Of a stretch of 64,000 nt of DNA, positions 37,343 to 50,000 are shown piece after piece. Location of the stretch: positions 12,214,001-12,278,000 of the forward strand of contig JBHGNT010000005.1 of assembly GCA_043228905.1 (NCBI GenBank), in the 5' to 3' direction. Made by a program: the position numbers and the translations under genes. The notes beneath the pieces are model-generated. The model had not been told where the DNA came from. It ran no database searches and saw only the letters and a program-made list of their open reading frames with translations. Position 1 is the stretch's first letter, and each line of letters starts with the position of its first letter. The DNA is from Azolla caroliniana (taxonomy: Eukaryota; Plantae; Polypodiophyta).

Positions 37343-40300
37343 TGTTGAGATGGGATCGTAAATCTCTTTGAAAGATATGAAAAAATACACAACTTGGAAC
37401 GAAAAACAACAAATGGACAAAATATGCACAATACACAGGTTTTATGTGGAAACCCTAAATGGGGAAAACCATGGGAATAGATATTCCACTATACAATAGA
37501 GAATACAAAGAACAATTACAACTCCCTCTGAAACTCATAGGATAACCACTTAGGGTTCTTGGCGAGTTCGCTGAACTCTGTCGTTGCTCGCTTTCACACT
37601 CTCTCTATCGCATATCACTTTGTTATGTTCTGCTCTATTTGTTCTACACACACAACGACCTTATGTTTGCCCTACATGTATTTATACTTATACACAGTAT
37701 GGGATATTTACAATTATAGTTGTTATTATCATTATCTAATAATAATAATAGTTGTTAATTAGCTGATTGATGATCGACTAGTCGGCCTTATCATCGTCCA
37801 TCTAGTCGGCCCGACTAGTCAGTCTTGTCCTCACCTTGGATCATCTACTGTCGACTGTCTCTTAGTCGACTCTTTCATGTCTTCGACTGTCGGCTCTTAC
37901 CAACCCGAATAGTCGGCTACTCCTTGTCTTTGACTGTCGGCTCGAATAGTCGGCTCCTCCCACACGAGGGACATATTCCTAACAAAATCCCCCATCACTC
38001 CTATGGGGGGAGTTAGCTAGTCATGTCTTTTGTGAACAGACTCTAAGTCTGTCCATCGGTAGGTTCTTCGTTAGCATGTCGGATCCATTGTCATCAGTAT
38101 GGATTTTCACAAGGGTAAAGTCCCCATCATCCACTTTCTCCCTTAACCAGTGGTCCAAGAGTAGTATGCAACATTCTTGGCTAGACGTATGGAACTCTGA
38201 TTATCACAATGGAGTAGGAATTTCATTTGCTTCATTCCTAGTTCATTGAGGAAATTCTTCATCCAAATCAGTTCTTTCCCGGCCTCTACCGCTGCCATGT
38301 ACTCTGCCTATGTGGTTGACAAGGCCACAAATGTTTGCAGTCTTGATTGCCACGACACTGCCCCCCTTGCATAGGTCATCACATACCCCAACGTGGATCA
38401 ACTTGAGACTACATCCCCATTCGAGCATAGGTTTTCTGAAACCATACCTGAGGCATACCCTTGAGGTGCCCTTTAAGTACCCGAGTATCCACTTTACTGC
38501 TGCCCAATGTTCTCTTCTTGGATTACTCATGTATCGACTCACTGCTCCCACAACAAATGCTATGTTGGTTTCGTGTAGACCATAGTGTACATCAAACTGC
38601 CGAATGTCGAGGCATACAATACTTTCCTCATCTCGGCCTTGTCCTTCTCGCTCTTCGGGCATTGCTTTGCATTTAGCTTGTAGTTTTCCGGCAATGCAGA
38701 ATTGATGACTGGCTTTGCTTCTGACATGTTGAATCTTTCCAAGATCTTTGTCACATATTTCTCTTGTGACAACCATAGCACCTTCTTAGTTCTATCTCGA
38801 ACTATGTGCACGAGTATTTGTTTCGCCGGTTCAAGATCTTTCATGGCAAACAACTTGCCCAATGCTTTCTTCAAGCTCACAATCTTCTTTGTGTCTTGTC
38901 CGACTATCAACATGTCATCCACATTTAATAAGTGAATCAAGAAGTCACCTTCATTGTACCATTTGACGAACACACAATGATCTACTTGTGTTTTGTGGAA
39001 CCCATCTTCCAACATGATGGACTCGAACTTCTTGTACCATTGGCGTGGAGCTTGTTTCAGACCATACAAGATATTTTTTAGTTGACACACCAGGTTCTCT
39101 TTACCATTCTCCACAAAGCCTTCAGGCTACTACATGTAGATCTCCTCGTCTAACTCCCCATGCAAGAATGCCATCTTGGCATCCAACTATTCGATCTCCA
39201 GATTCATACTGGTGGCTATGCTCAAAACAGTTTGAATTGATGTCATCTTTACGATCGGAGCAAATATCTCATCAAAGTCGACACCCTTTTTTAGTTGAAA
39301 TACCTTCACCACAATACGGGCTTTATATTCAGGTGTATTTTCGACTTCTCCAGTCTTCACCTTGTAGACCCATTTGTTTCTGAGTGCTCTCTTACCTTTC
39401 GGTAACTCTACCAGGTCACAGGTATAGTTCTCGTGCAAAGAGTTGTCTTGCATTGCACTCAACCATTTCTCTTTGTGCTCGTCGGCTATGGCTTTATCAT
39501 AGCACCCCGGCTCACCTTCATCATTCAAGAGGATGTATTGACTGGCATATGTAGTTGGTGCTCTCCTTTCTCTTAGAGGGTATCTCCTTCCTTCTGTTGT
39601 CTGGTTATGTTCGGTTCAGGTTCGGGTTCATACATGACGATCAATTGCTCAAGGTTAGTCGATTCCGACTCGTATTCCTCGATCGACTTCAATAGGTCTG
39701 CCGACTCTGACTCATATGTATTGGTCGGTTGCTCTGATTCGACCGACTCGGATTCAGTTGTGCCGACTGTGTCGATTCGACTTGTCTTGTGTTAGCGGTA
39801 GTGGAAGTTGACTGGAAAGTCGATTCCGACTTCCATAGTTTCCAGTCCTCAATCGTCTTGTCTTCCAAGAAGACTATGTCTCGGCTCCTCAATACCATCT
39901 TGTCAACTAAGTCCCACGACCTGAAGCCGAACTCATCCTCCGAGTACCTCAGGAATATGCATGGTTTCGACTTACTATTGAGCTTGGACCTGTGATCCTT
40001 AGCCATATGCATATACACTAAGCATCCAAACACCCTTAGGTGTCAGTAGGAGACCGCTTTTCCTATCCACACCCTTTGTGGGACATCACCCTTCGATGGC
40101 ATTTAGGGATATTTGTTGATAAGCTAAACAATTGTATACATCGCCTCAACCCAATATGATTTCGACAGCTTAGCATTTGACAACATGCTCCTTACTCTTT
40201 CCATGATTGTTTGATTCATCTGAGGGGTCTTCAACACTATGTATTCGATTCGAATACCTCGGGCCTTGCAATACTCCTCGAACTGCCCTCTGTATCCACC

Positions 40301-40351
40301 ATCATTTTCAGTTCGGACAACCTTCAATTTCCAACCCGACTCTCTTTCAAC
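37343..40351 (-). mobile_element. 5'-truncated Ty1/Copia element (IN-RT-RH, PPT, 3' LTR 37343-37984)
   Basis: LYGLKQAPRQWY, NVDDML, EHWAAVKWIL, RTENDG; LTR TGTT...AACA adjoining a purine tract on minus at 37985-37999. Confidence 0.88.
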
Positions 40352-40668
40352 TTAATGTAAATTTTTTATCAAGAGCTTTGCACTTTAAATCAAAAATTAA
40401 TATTAAGAAGAAACTTGTAACCCAATTGATGATGTATCTTCTCTCTCAAATCTAAAATCAAGAGTTAAATCTTTATTTCAGTATCTCTTTCTCTCCATTT
40501 CAATTTCCCTCAATCTAAAGTCAAGCGTTTAATCTCAATTTCTCTCTCTCTCAATCTATCTTAAATACTTTCTCGCTAAAGCTTGTGCGTACTTCGAGTC
40601 CTTCCGCTTTAGAACCCCGACGGTTCCGCCTCACGACCTGCACATAGTGACGGATCTTCACAACAACA
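40352..40668 (+). repeat. Probable LTR 3'-part remnant
   Basis: CT-rich R/U5-like sequence ending CACAACAACA between two abrupt junctions; no partner copy in the window. Confidence 0.4.
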
Positions 40669-40679
40669 TACTGATTCTA

Positions 40680-43555
40680 AGGGTATACACAGGGATGGGT
40701 GTGTTTGCACTTGTGAGGTATGTAGACCAAATGGGAGTGATAATAGATGTAATGTGTGAAACATGACTTATGCATCGGTTTTTGAGTTATGGAGGTCTTT
40801 TGTTTGTGAAAAACTACCATCATCTGAGTGACATAATCGTTCATGTCTTCTAAGAACATGTAAAGTTTGCCCACAACCACCATTTTGTAGACAGGAGCTT
40901 GATGTAGATAACTGTCATATTGTGAAATGGAAATATTTAGAGTATGTGACAGAAAATATAGGTAAGGGTCTTGTTAGTAAGTGTATCAAGGAAGTATATA
41001 AGGAGACATGTATTGCTACCCTTGTCTCAGAGTTTAAGAACCAACTCGAGGAGTTCATTCCACATAACTTTAGGAGTTATTGGCAAAATTCACAGGTCAA
41101 GGAATGTATAGATAACTTACCACCAGATGTTATAGTATCTGTTATTGACTTTGCAGAGAACTATACGTTTAAAGTTCAAAACGAGGTTCAATCAATGCAT
41201 TGGTACAATGACCAATGTACAATACTTGTACATATTTGCTATTGGAGAAAAGACGATGAGTTACATAAAAAATCAATATTCTACATTTCAGATGATAAAA
41301 AGCATGATACGCTATTTGTTCAACATTGTTTTAAGCTTCACCATGCAGATTTATTATCCTTGGGTGTTAACTTTAATCGGTATTGGGTTTGGTTTGATGG
41401 TGCTGCCTTGTAATTGAAGGCGGCCCGGTTCTTCTACTTCATTGCAAGGTGAGGAAATAATCCATATGTTTGGTACTTATAAATGGAAGTCTATTTTGGT
41501 AATACTCCATAGTACTTATAAATGTTTGTATAAAATACTGAATTAGTAATTCTCCAACTACATGCACCAGTACTATCTTGGAATGTGAATCTGAACTAAT
41601 TGGCCATTTAGTTCTCTCCTCCTATATTCACTAGTATTGATTATGGTAATAACCATGTTAAGTAAACTTAACTTATAGGTTAGTACTGTCATCCTACGTG
41701 TACAAGTACTAATTAAGGTTGAGGCCTTGTAATGTATTTGTAATTTACAACATAGTATTGTCCCCAAAGGTGCACATGCACAAGTACTGACAATGGTTTA
41801 CAACTAAGTACTCGGATCCCAAATGCACAAGTACTAATTTATAACTTAGGATTGTATTCCTTCATTGGCACGAGTACTAATTTATATCTTAGCACTGCCC
41901 TCTCTTGTGCATTAGTACTAATGAATAACTTAGTACTATCCTCTTTCGTTCATTAGTACTAATTTATAACTTTGGATTGCCATTCAACAAGCACGAGCAC
42001 TAATTAATACTTACATTGCCCCCTCTCAATAATGTTTATACTAATTCATAACTTAGCTGTATTCAACTTTGTTCATTAGTACTAATTTATAACTTAGGAT
42101 TGTTCTCTCTCATTAATACTAATTATTAACTTAGTACTATCCAACCATGTTCATTAGTACTAATTATTAACTTAGTACTGTCCAACTTTGTTCATTAAGA
42201 TCAACTTATAACTTAGGATTGTCCTCTGTCATGCATTAGTACTAATTAATAACTTAGTACTATCCAACTTTGTTCATTAAGACCAACTTATAACTTAGGA
42301 CTGTCCTCTGTCATGCATTAGTACTAATTAATAACTTAGTACTCTCCAACTTTGTTCATTACGACCAACATATAACTTATGGTTGTTCTCTCTCATGCAT
42401 TAGTACTGATTAGTAACTTAGTACTATCCTTTCTCATGCATTAGTACTAATGAATAACTTACCACTTCCTTCTCTCATCTATTAGTACTAATCTCCAACT
42501 TAGTACTATCCTCTCTCGTGCATTAGTACTAATCAATAACTTAGTACTATTCTGTCTTGTTCATTTGTATTGATTCAAATATTAGTATTGTTCACTCATG
42601 CATAAGTAATAATTATGGTTTAAGTCATGCAATTAATTATGTTTGTTGGTTAACTGCCATGCAAAACACCCAGATACTTCTCATTGACAACCATTAGGAT
42701 GCAATGGAACTACTTCAAGTTTGGACATGGAAAGGGAGAGCATGATGGCGTGGGGGCTGTGATCAAGAGTGCTCTTACATCAGAGCAATTGGATAGTGAA
42801 GGTGCTAAGCTACAAAATGCACATGATGTTGTGGAGTGGTTCACATGGAAGATGTCAAATGATGGTAAGAATAGATTGTTTATTGAGGTTCGTGCTAATG
42901 AGGTGAATAGGAGTAAATCATATGGTTGTAAAACCGTAAAAGGGACGCGCAAAAACCATTGTGTTTTAGGGTTTAGTCACAAGGACACAACACAATTGTT
43001 ATTCCGCAGTTTATCGTGCTTTTGATGTGTTTAGATGAAGTTTGGGATGAATGCACCAATCTATCAATTGTGGAGCCATGGAAGCTACAAAAGCTAGAGA
43101 TAGAACACAGTGTGAATATCCAAGAAAATGAACATTCAGACAATATTGTATACTACAACCAGTGTGAGGACTTGGCAATATTATTGGAAGTTGGAGATCA
43201 TTTTGCAGTGCTCAAATCTCCTCAGAATGAAGATTTTGAAGACTACTACATTGTGGTATGCAAGCAAGGAAATACAATATTGGAAGAAGTCGTGAGGGAT
43301 GGCTGGGGCAACATGTTCAATGTTGGTGAGTCTGTCGTGTATGGCAACTACTATGCAAAGTTGCCACAATGCAAGAACACATATGCATTGTTAAAAGATG
43401 CACCCACCACAATTATCTATGTTGATGCCATTATCGCAATCAAGTTCAAAATGACTCAAGCAAAGCACAATGTTAAGGGATACAACACTGTCTACAAAGT
43501 CCCCAAAGGGGTACACGAACACATATTGGGGGAGGTCTCCCTCTTTAATGCTTAG
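40680..43555 (+). pseudogene. Sola2-like DNA transposase, two exons (..41448, 42674-43555), degenerate
   Basis: Cys-rich N-region, DFAENY, QNEVQSMHW, ISDDKKHD, WFDGAA, GHGKGEHDGVG motifs as I recall them for Sola2 transposases; GT-AG intron 41449-42673 joins in phase (IAR|YFSL); stops at 41411 and 43023. Confidence 0.75.
41680..42620. repeat. ~41-bp minisatellite in the transposase intron
   Basis: Repeated cattagtactaatt.ataacttag core with ~41-bp spacing and a local 82-bp dimer structure. Confidence 0.88.
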
Positions 43556-43716
43556 AATGGCAAGTGTTGCGTCTAATGTAACTTTTGCATGTATTCAAAC
43601 TCTGACTTACAAGTGAAAGGAAATATATCATCTTGGGTTTTATAACAATATCCCTCTTTGGTTTAGATATGTATGTTTCTTTTACATGAAGTGTCTAGTG
43701 CTTGGTAAAAAATCTC

Positions 43717-44500
43717 ATTGGTTAGTATCTGAGCCTACGTTAGTATCAAAGTTAGGAGTTCATATGTGTGCCTATAACTCTTTAGTAGTTCATATCATTG
43801 GCTAGTATCTGAGCCTACGTTAGTATCAAAGTTAGGAGTTCATATGTATCAAAGTTAGGAGTTCATATGTGTGCCTATAACTCTTTAGGAGTTCATATGT
43901 ATCAAAGTTAGTAGAATGCATATCAAGTTAGTACTAAATCTGTGTTAAGAGTTTGCTAACGTAGACATATGTAAGATAAGAGTGTTCATTCCACTCATCA
44001 CTCATCACTCATCTTTTCATTGTCACATGTGTGCATAACAAGTAAACCAGAACAATGTCACGATGAGGGTAATCAATAACTTAACATTCCTATCAATTAC
44101 AAACAACCACCCAGATACAATAAACTTATCTAGGTACTGAGTGACACTTCATCATCGGAGGTAGTAGACTACTGAGTGGCACGAGGCAGTAGTAAATTAG
44201 CTACAATGCATATCAAGTTAGTACTTAAACTATGATAAATGTTTACTAACCTAGACATATCTAAGATAGGAGTGTTCATTCCACTCATGACTTTACATTC
44301 TCACCATCACATGTGTGCATAACAAGTAAATTAAAATTGTGTCAAGATGAGGGTAATCAATGATGTAGCATTCCTATCAATAACTTTGCATCCAATTCAC
44401 ATTGTGGATATGTAAACCCCATTAGTGTCAAGAAGCAGGTAATCAATAACTTTACATTCGGTAATCAATTACATACAACGATCAAAATACAATAAACTTT
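43717..44500. repeat. Local tandem repeats between the convergent genes (~80-bp units, then ~290-bp duplication)
   Basis: tagtatctgagcctacgttagtatcaaagttaggagttcatatg repeated in 43717-43910; aatgcatatcaagttagtact at ~43915 and ~44205. Confidence 0.8.
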
Positions 44501-47036
44501 GGTTTTAGTTTTTTCTGGATCTTGTAATGCGCCTATTTTTGGTTTCATTCTTCTTAGATTTCACACGCTTCTTCATCTTAAAACCATGAGGTGGTAAACT
44601 ACTTAGTGGCAATTCATCATCGGAGGGTGAAGCCAAGCTTGAGGGAACAATGTGCTCTGTTGCAATTGCCTAAGATGCACACACTTCCAAGAAGATGCGG
44701 TCGATAGTCTTACCAGAAATCTCCTGGAGGTCATTGGACGTGTCATTCTTCAATTTTCCCGGCTCCACTGCCACATTATTAGGAGTACAAACATGTTCCT
44801 CATCTTGGGTGTTTGTCTTCATTGCAAACTCCCCGTTGATCAAGTTAGACACTTGCTCCAAGTGCAAGCCACTTGCAGTATTTTGGACAAACACCTCATT
44901 CGTAGTACCACACTCTCCTTCTTCTTGGGTAGTTGTAGGGGTCTCCTTTATACAACCTTGCCCTAGGTTAAGGCCGCTTGTGGTGTTTTGGACACACACC
45001 TCATTCTTTGTACAACCATGATCCTCTCCTTGGGTCAAATTTCACATTCTCTGCAGACTCCATTGCAAAGTTGTTTGTCACCTCATGCTTTGTCCACTCC
45101 AGCTCCTCTTTTTGGGTGATCTCACATTCCTCATATGTGATAGCATCTGAGCCTGAATAATCAAGATTGCTCCATAAACTGCCTGAATCATCTGATGGTA
45201 TTTGTAAATCTACATGCTCTTCTACTCCTAAATAACAGTAAAGTGATGCAAGAACAATATCAATTCACATTCTGAAAAAGTGAAGGCACCTAGACAAATG
45301 TTTAAGGTTAAGGGACAAAAATGTTTACCTATTGTTACATTGTCATTGTTGCTTGGGATGGTCCCAGTTTCAAGTTGGGGCTCTTCATCATGCTAATATT
45401 TCATAACACTCTCTATGTATTAATACACTTGTACATTATTGTCATGTGAAGTAATATGGTCAAAATAACAATTATATGAGAGGGCTCCCAACATGTACCT
45501 GGAAGCGAGATAAATTCTTCTTCATATTGTGGCTCTGAATCTGTATCTCCATTTCCATTACTCTTTTCTTCCTTGTCTAAAAACAAAAGTATGTAGTATT
45601 AGTCTAACTCATCAAGATGACAACAACCACAAGTTTGTGAGAATTTGTATTAGCAACCACAACAATGAACATTGCATTTCTTCCCCTTTCCATACAATTT
45701 CCTTGCAGCATTACGCTTCTTCGTAGTCTCTTTGATAGAAACATAATAAATTAGTAGTATACCAACATTTCAAAAATTAGAAAGGCAAACACAATTAACA
45801 TTACCATTCACACAGTCAGGGCGTGCTGAGCTAGGAGATTTTGTTTCAAGCATCACATCTTCAACTGTTCCAATGGCCTTTCTCATACATTCATCTTCAT
45901 CATAAACTTCATCAGGTACCACTAAGGAACGACCGTGTACTTTGGAATTTGCAGCAGACTCCTGGGGACTCCACTATACATAAGAAGGTTGTATCACGTG
46001 CATTCATGACATCATTTATAAACCCCTTATACGTATGGTTTTTACTATTTTAGTAACCCTTGTGTAGAAAAAAGATTAATAAAAATACCCCTTATTACCA
46101 ATATATTTTTTGATAACCACCCATTTTAAATACCCTTACATATAAAATATACATGCACACATAGGTTGCAATCCTAGAAGCGATCAATGACCATCTTTAC
46201 AATTGATGACTCGCAAAATTATGAATCAACATTAAACATCATATGCAAATTCTTGGAAATGCTTCATCAAGTGCCACATAGATTGAAAACACAATGTGTA
46301 AAGTACAAAGTAATGTACACACAATTAGGAAACATTACCCAAAAACCTTATAGGTATAACATATACAAGCCACATATAAGTTTTTGTTTTTAGTTTATTG
46401 AGACGTATGAAGAATATTGAGTGATAAAAAACAATGTAATTTACAATAAAAAAATCTTGAACTTAACACATACATCTCAAAGAGCACATATGGAACAATC
46501 CAAAATGCATATCAATAATGAAATTACTAACAAATTAACATTATGTTTGGTTTCATGGATGTAGACTCATATAAAGCCATAATATTATTTTTTCTCAATT
46601 ACATTGATCAAACAAATGGCAACCTACTTCATATTTCCATTTGAAATGCAAGACATCATCTATTCACATACTCTTACCCAAATCAAAATGAAATAAAATA
46701 AATCATTTTGTTATTGCAATATCTACTTAAAAAACTTATTACAATAAAGGTTACCCTTATAAAGACTGAGTATATAAAAAGAAAACCCTAAGAAGTTCAT
46801 TTTAGGCTGTAAATTTCATGTCGTTTCCATCTTCAACATTGGACCTATATCATAAAATGTAACAACAAAAGCAAGAAATCTTAATATACATGGAAGTAAA
46901 TATTATCTTAATATACATGGAAGTAAAGAAATCAGAAAATATATTTGGAATACTGTAGGTTTATATTTGGTTTCTACTCTTTTCTCCTTTTCCTGTTAAA
47001 ATAAAAAGCATAAATATTAAGTTACTTTAATATATA

Positions 47037-50000
47037 TTATATATGTACATGTATGCAAGTATATAATTCAAAACAACTTATATATACATACCGGGATTTC
47101 ATTTCCAAAAGAAAATCGTTGAAAACTTTACAATTGCTTTCATCTAACAGATAGTTATCACATTTTGCATTATATGTGAGGTTCGCTAATCCAATAATTG
47201 ACTCAAAGTCAACCATTTTAATATTTGTCAAATCATATGCAAATAATCTACTCCCCTTAATCTTCCTATACCAACCAAGTTGTAATTGAACATCTTCAAG
47301 TCTATCCATCAAGTCAATTCCTCTCTTATACTCCACAAATTTATTTCCAATCTTTCTTCGCATCCTTTATACTCGTCCTAAGTACCAAACAACATTTTTA
47401 TTTGATATTCCTTTTCTTTTCGGTCTTGTTGAATTAACATCTTCTTAAGTAAAGAATACAACACAATCTGAACCAATCCCAATTAGGTTCCCATTTCCAT
47501 TTAGGAAATCATTTGCATTCTCACATGAGTAGAAGACCTCTTCTCTTACACGTGTGAGTCTATCCTTTGACAATGTTGGATTACCATTTAGATGACTCAC
47601 ACGTGTCAATTTAAATATAATCTTATCATCCACTTGAACAAATGAAGAGACTTTAGTGTTCACATTGTTGTCATCTAATATAGCATCCAATTCATGGCGA
47701 ATGTCACAAAATGTGAATATCAAGGTTTGAACTTGTGACCTTCAAACAATGGTCTTACACTTCAACCATTGCACCAACTCATTTTTATTAATAAATACAT
47801 TTTCATATTATTATTATTCAAGAACTCTAGAGCACTAGACACATTAAATGACCGCCAAATGACATGCACCCTGTACGCCAAGTGGCGCACAACATGTATG
47901 CCAAATGGCGATCATGCACATTCTGATGTACAATATATAAGTTGAAGATCTACTTAGTGTTGAACCATTCCGGTTCAACACCAGTCTTCAGCAACCTTGT
48001 AATCTCGGTTTCCGGTAATAGAAATTCTTGTATTTTTGTATTGTAAACGTCTTCTCGTTTCTTATTATCTTCTTTTCTTCCAAATCGACCTTGTCTTCGA
48101 AGCTTGGGTCACGACAGTTTGAACTAGAATCCCACTTTTTTTTTCTCGAGTATCTAGTGAAGTTTTTCCGCCACAATGGAGACCGTCAGTAAACAAGAGT
48201 ATATGCATATTCTCTCAGAACTTGACCTCCTAACAACAAAATTTGTTGCATTGGAACAAGAGAATCATAAACTTCTTGGCGACTTGCAACAAGTGAGCGT
48301 TGAAAAGGCACAACAACATGAGGAACTCTCGAAACGTGTCCAACAACTTGAAGCTATTGTGTTATCTCTTCGACAACAAGCTTCAAACTCTCAAAGTTTG
48401 TTGAACGAACCCAAAATTAGTTTACCAACAAAATTTGATGGTACAAGGTCTCAATTCCGAGGATTCTTAAATCAGGTACGCCTTATAATTCATATGCATC
48501 CCAATCGATATCCAACTGACGCAACTCGAGTGGGGTTAGTTGGAACATTATTGATAGGAACCGCACTAGCATGGTTTGCACCATTGCTAGAGAAGAAATC
48601 CCCAATACTAGAAAACTTTGATACCTTTATCAACAAATTCCAAGCTAGTTTTGGTGATACTGATAGTGCAAGAACAACAATAAACAAGATACGTAGGTTG
48701 CGCCAAGGAGATCGGCCAGCCTCAGCTTACACAACTGATTTTCGCCTACTTGCTTGTGATATCCCTTATGATGAAACAGTGATGATGGACTTGTTTCGGC
48801 ATGGTTTGCGTAATGATGTTAAAGACTTGCTCTTAACATTTCATGATGAACCCAAATCACTGCCAGAAGCTATTAGTCGTGCAGTTCGATATGACAATCG
48901 TTTATTCGAAAGACGTTCTAAGCGCCAACAAACGTCGACACGCCTTAGATCTGAGCAAACATATGCCTCAGCATTAGCCTCACCACCTTTAGGACCAGTG
49001 CAAGTTCCTAATCCTAATTCTTTTAATGGACCTACTCCAATGGAGATTGATGCAACACGTCAACATATAGCAATACATTGTCCACATCGACCAAAGAGAC
49101 AATTAAATCAATTAAGTGCTATTGAGAATTTTGATTCATGCTCTCCAGTCAAAGCCAATAAACCAAGAACTCTTTTCAACAACCCTCAATCCAATAGTTT
49201 TGATGTTCTAAGCCAACTAGATGAGCTGTTAAACAAGTAAGTCCAGCCAAAATCGGAGCCATTTGGTTGGACCAACCAAAGCATGTAGAACTTGTTCCGA
49301 GCTTAGGTTCCATTTCATCGAACCGAGTCAGTGAAGTTTTCACAGCGCAAGTGCAACTCAGCACATCAAGATGTCATCAAGTTCTTGCATTTGCGCTCTT
49401 GGATTCAGGAGCCAACTCATGTTTCATGGATCGGGATTTTGCCACAACACAAGAAATTCTACTCTATAAGCTTCCTCGTCCAGCATCAGTAGCAGTAATT
49501 GATGGACGTTCTATTGCATCATGAGATATTATTGAAGAATCAGAGCCTATTTGTGTAGTTCTTGGTAATTTAGCTACTGTAATATCTTTTAATATCATAA
49601 GCAGTCCCGAACATCCAATTGTTCTTGGGTTGCCGTGGTTTGAACTTCATAATCCAAAGATTGATTCGAAGAAGCGGGAAATCATAGACTCATGAGACAA
49701 CAATTTAAGGCTCATCACCACATCAACCTCAAAGCTAACACCAAGACATATATCAACTATCTCTCTCAAAAGATTACATAAAGAAGCTACAATAGAAGAT
49801 ATGTTTGTGTTTGCAGTGGTCATAACCCCATTCTCAAACCCACAAGATTTAGAGGTCCATTTGCCATCAAAGTATCAAGAATTTTCCGATGTGTTTGATA
49901 AGGTAAAGGCCACAACACTTCTTGATCATCGCCCATATGATTGTCCCATTGATTTGCATGCTAAGAAGGAACCACCATGGGGACCAATTTATAACCTTTC

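Noticed and set aside
41680-42620. CRISPR-like look of regularly spaced palindromic repeats
   Set aside because: Intervening sequences are similar to each other, there are no cas genes, and the context is a eukaryotic intron: a minisatellite.
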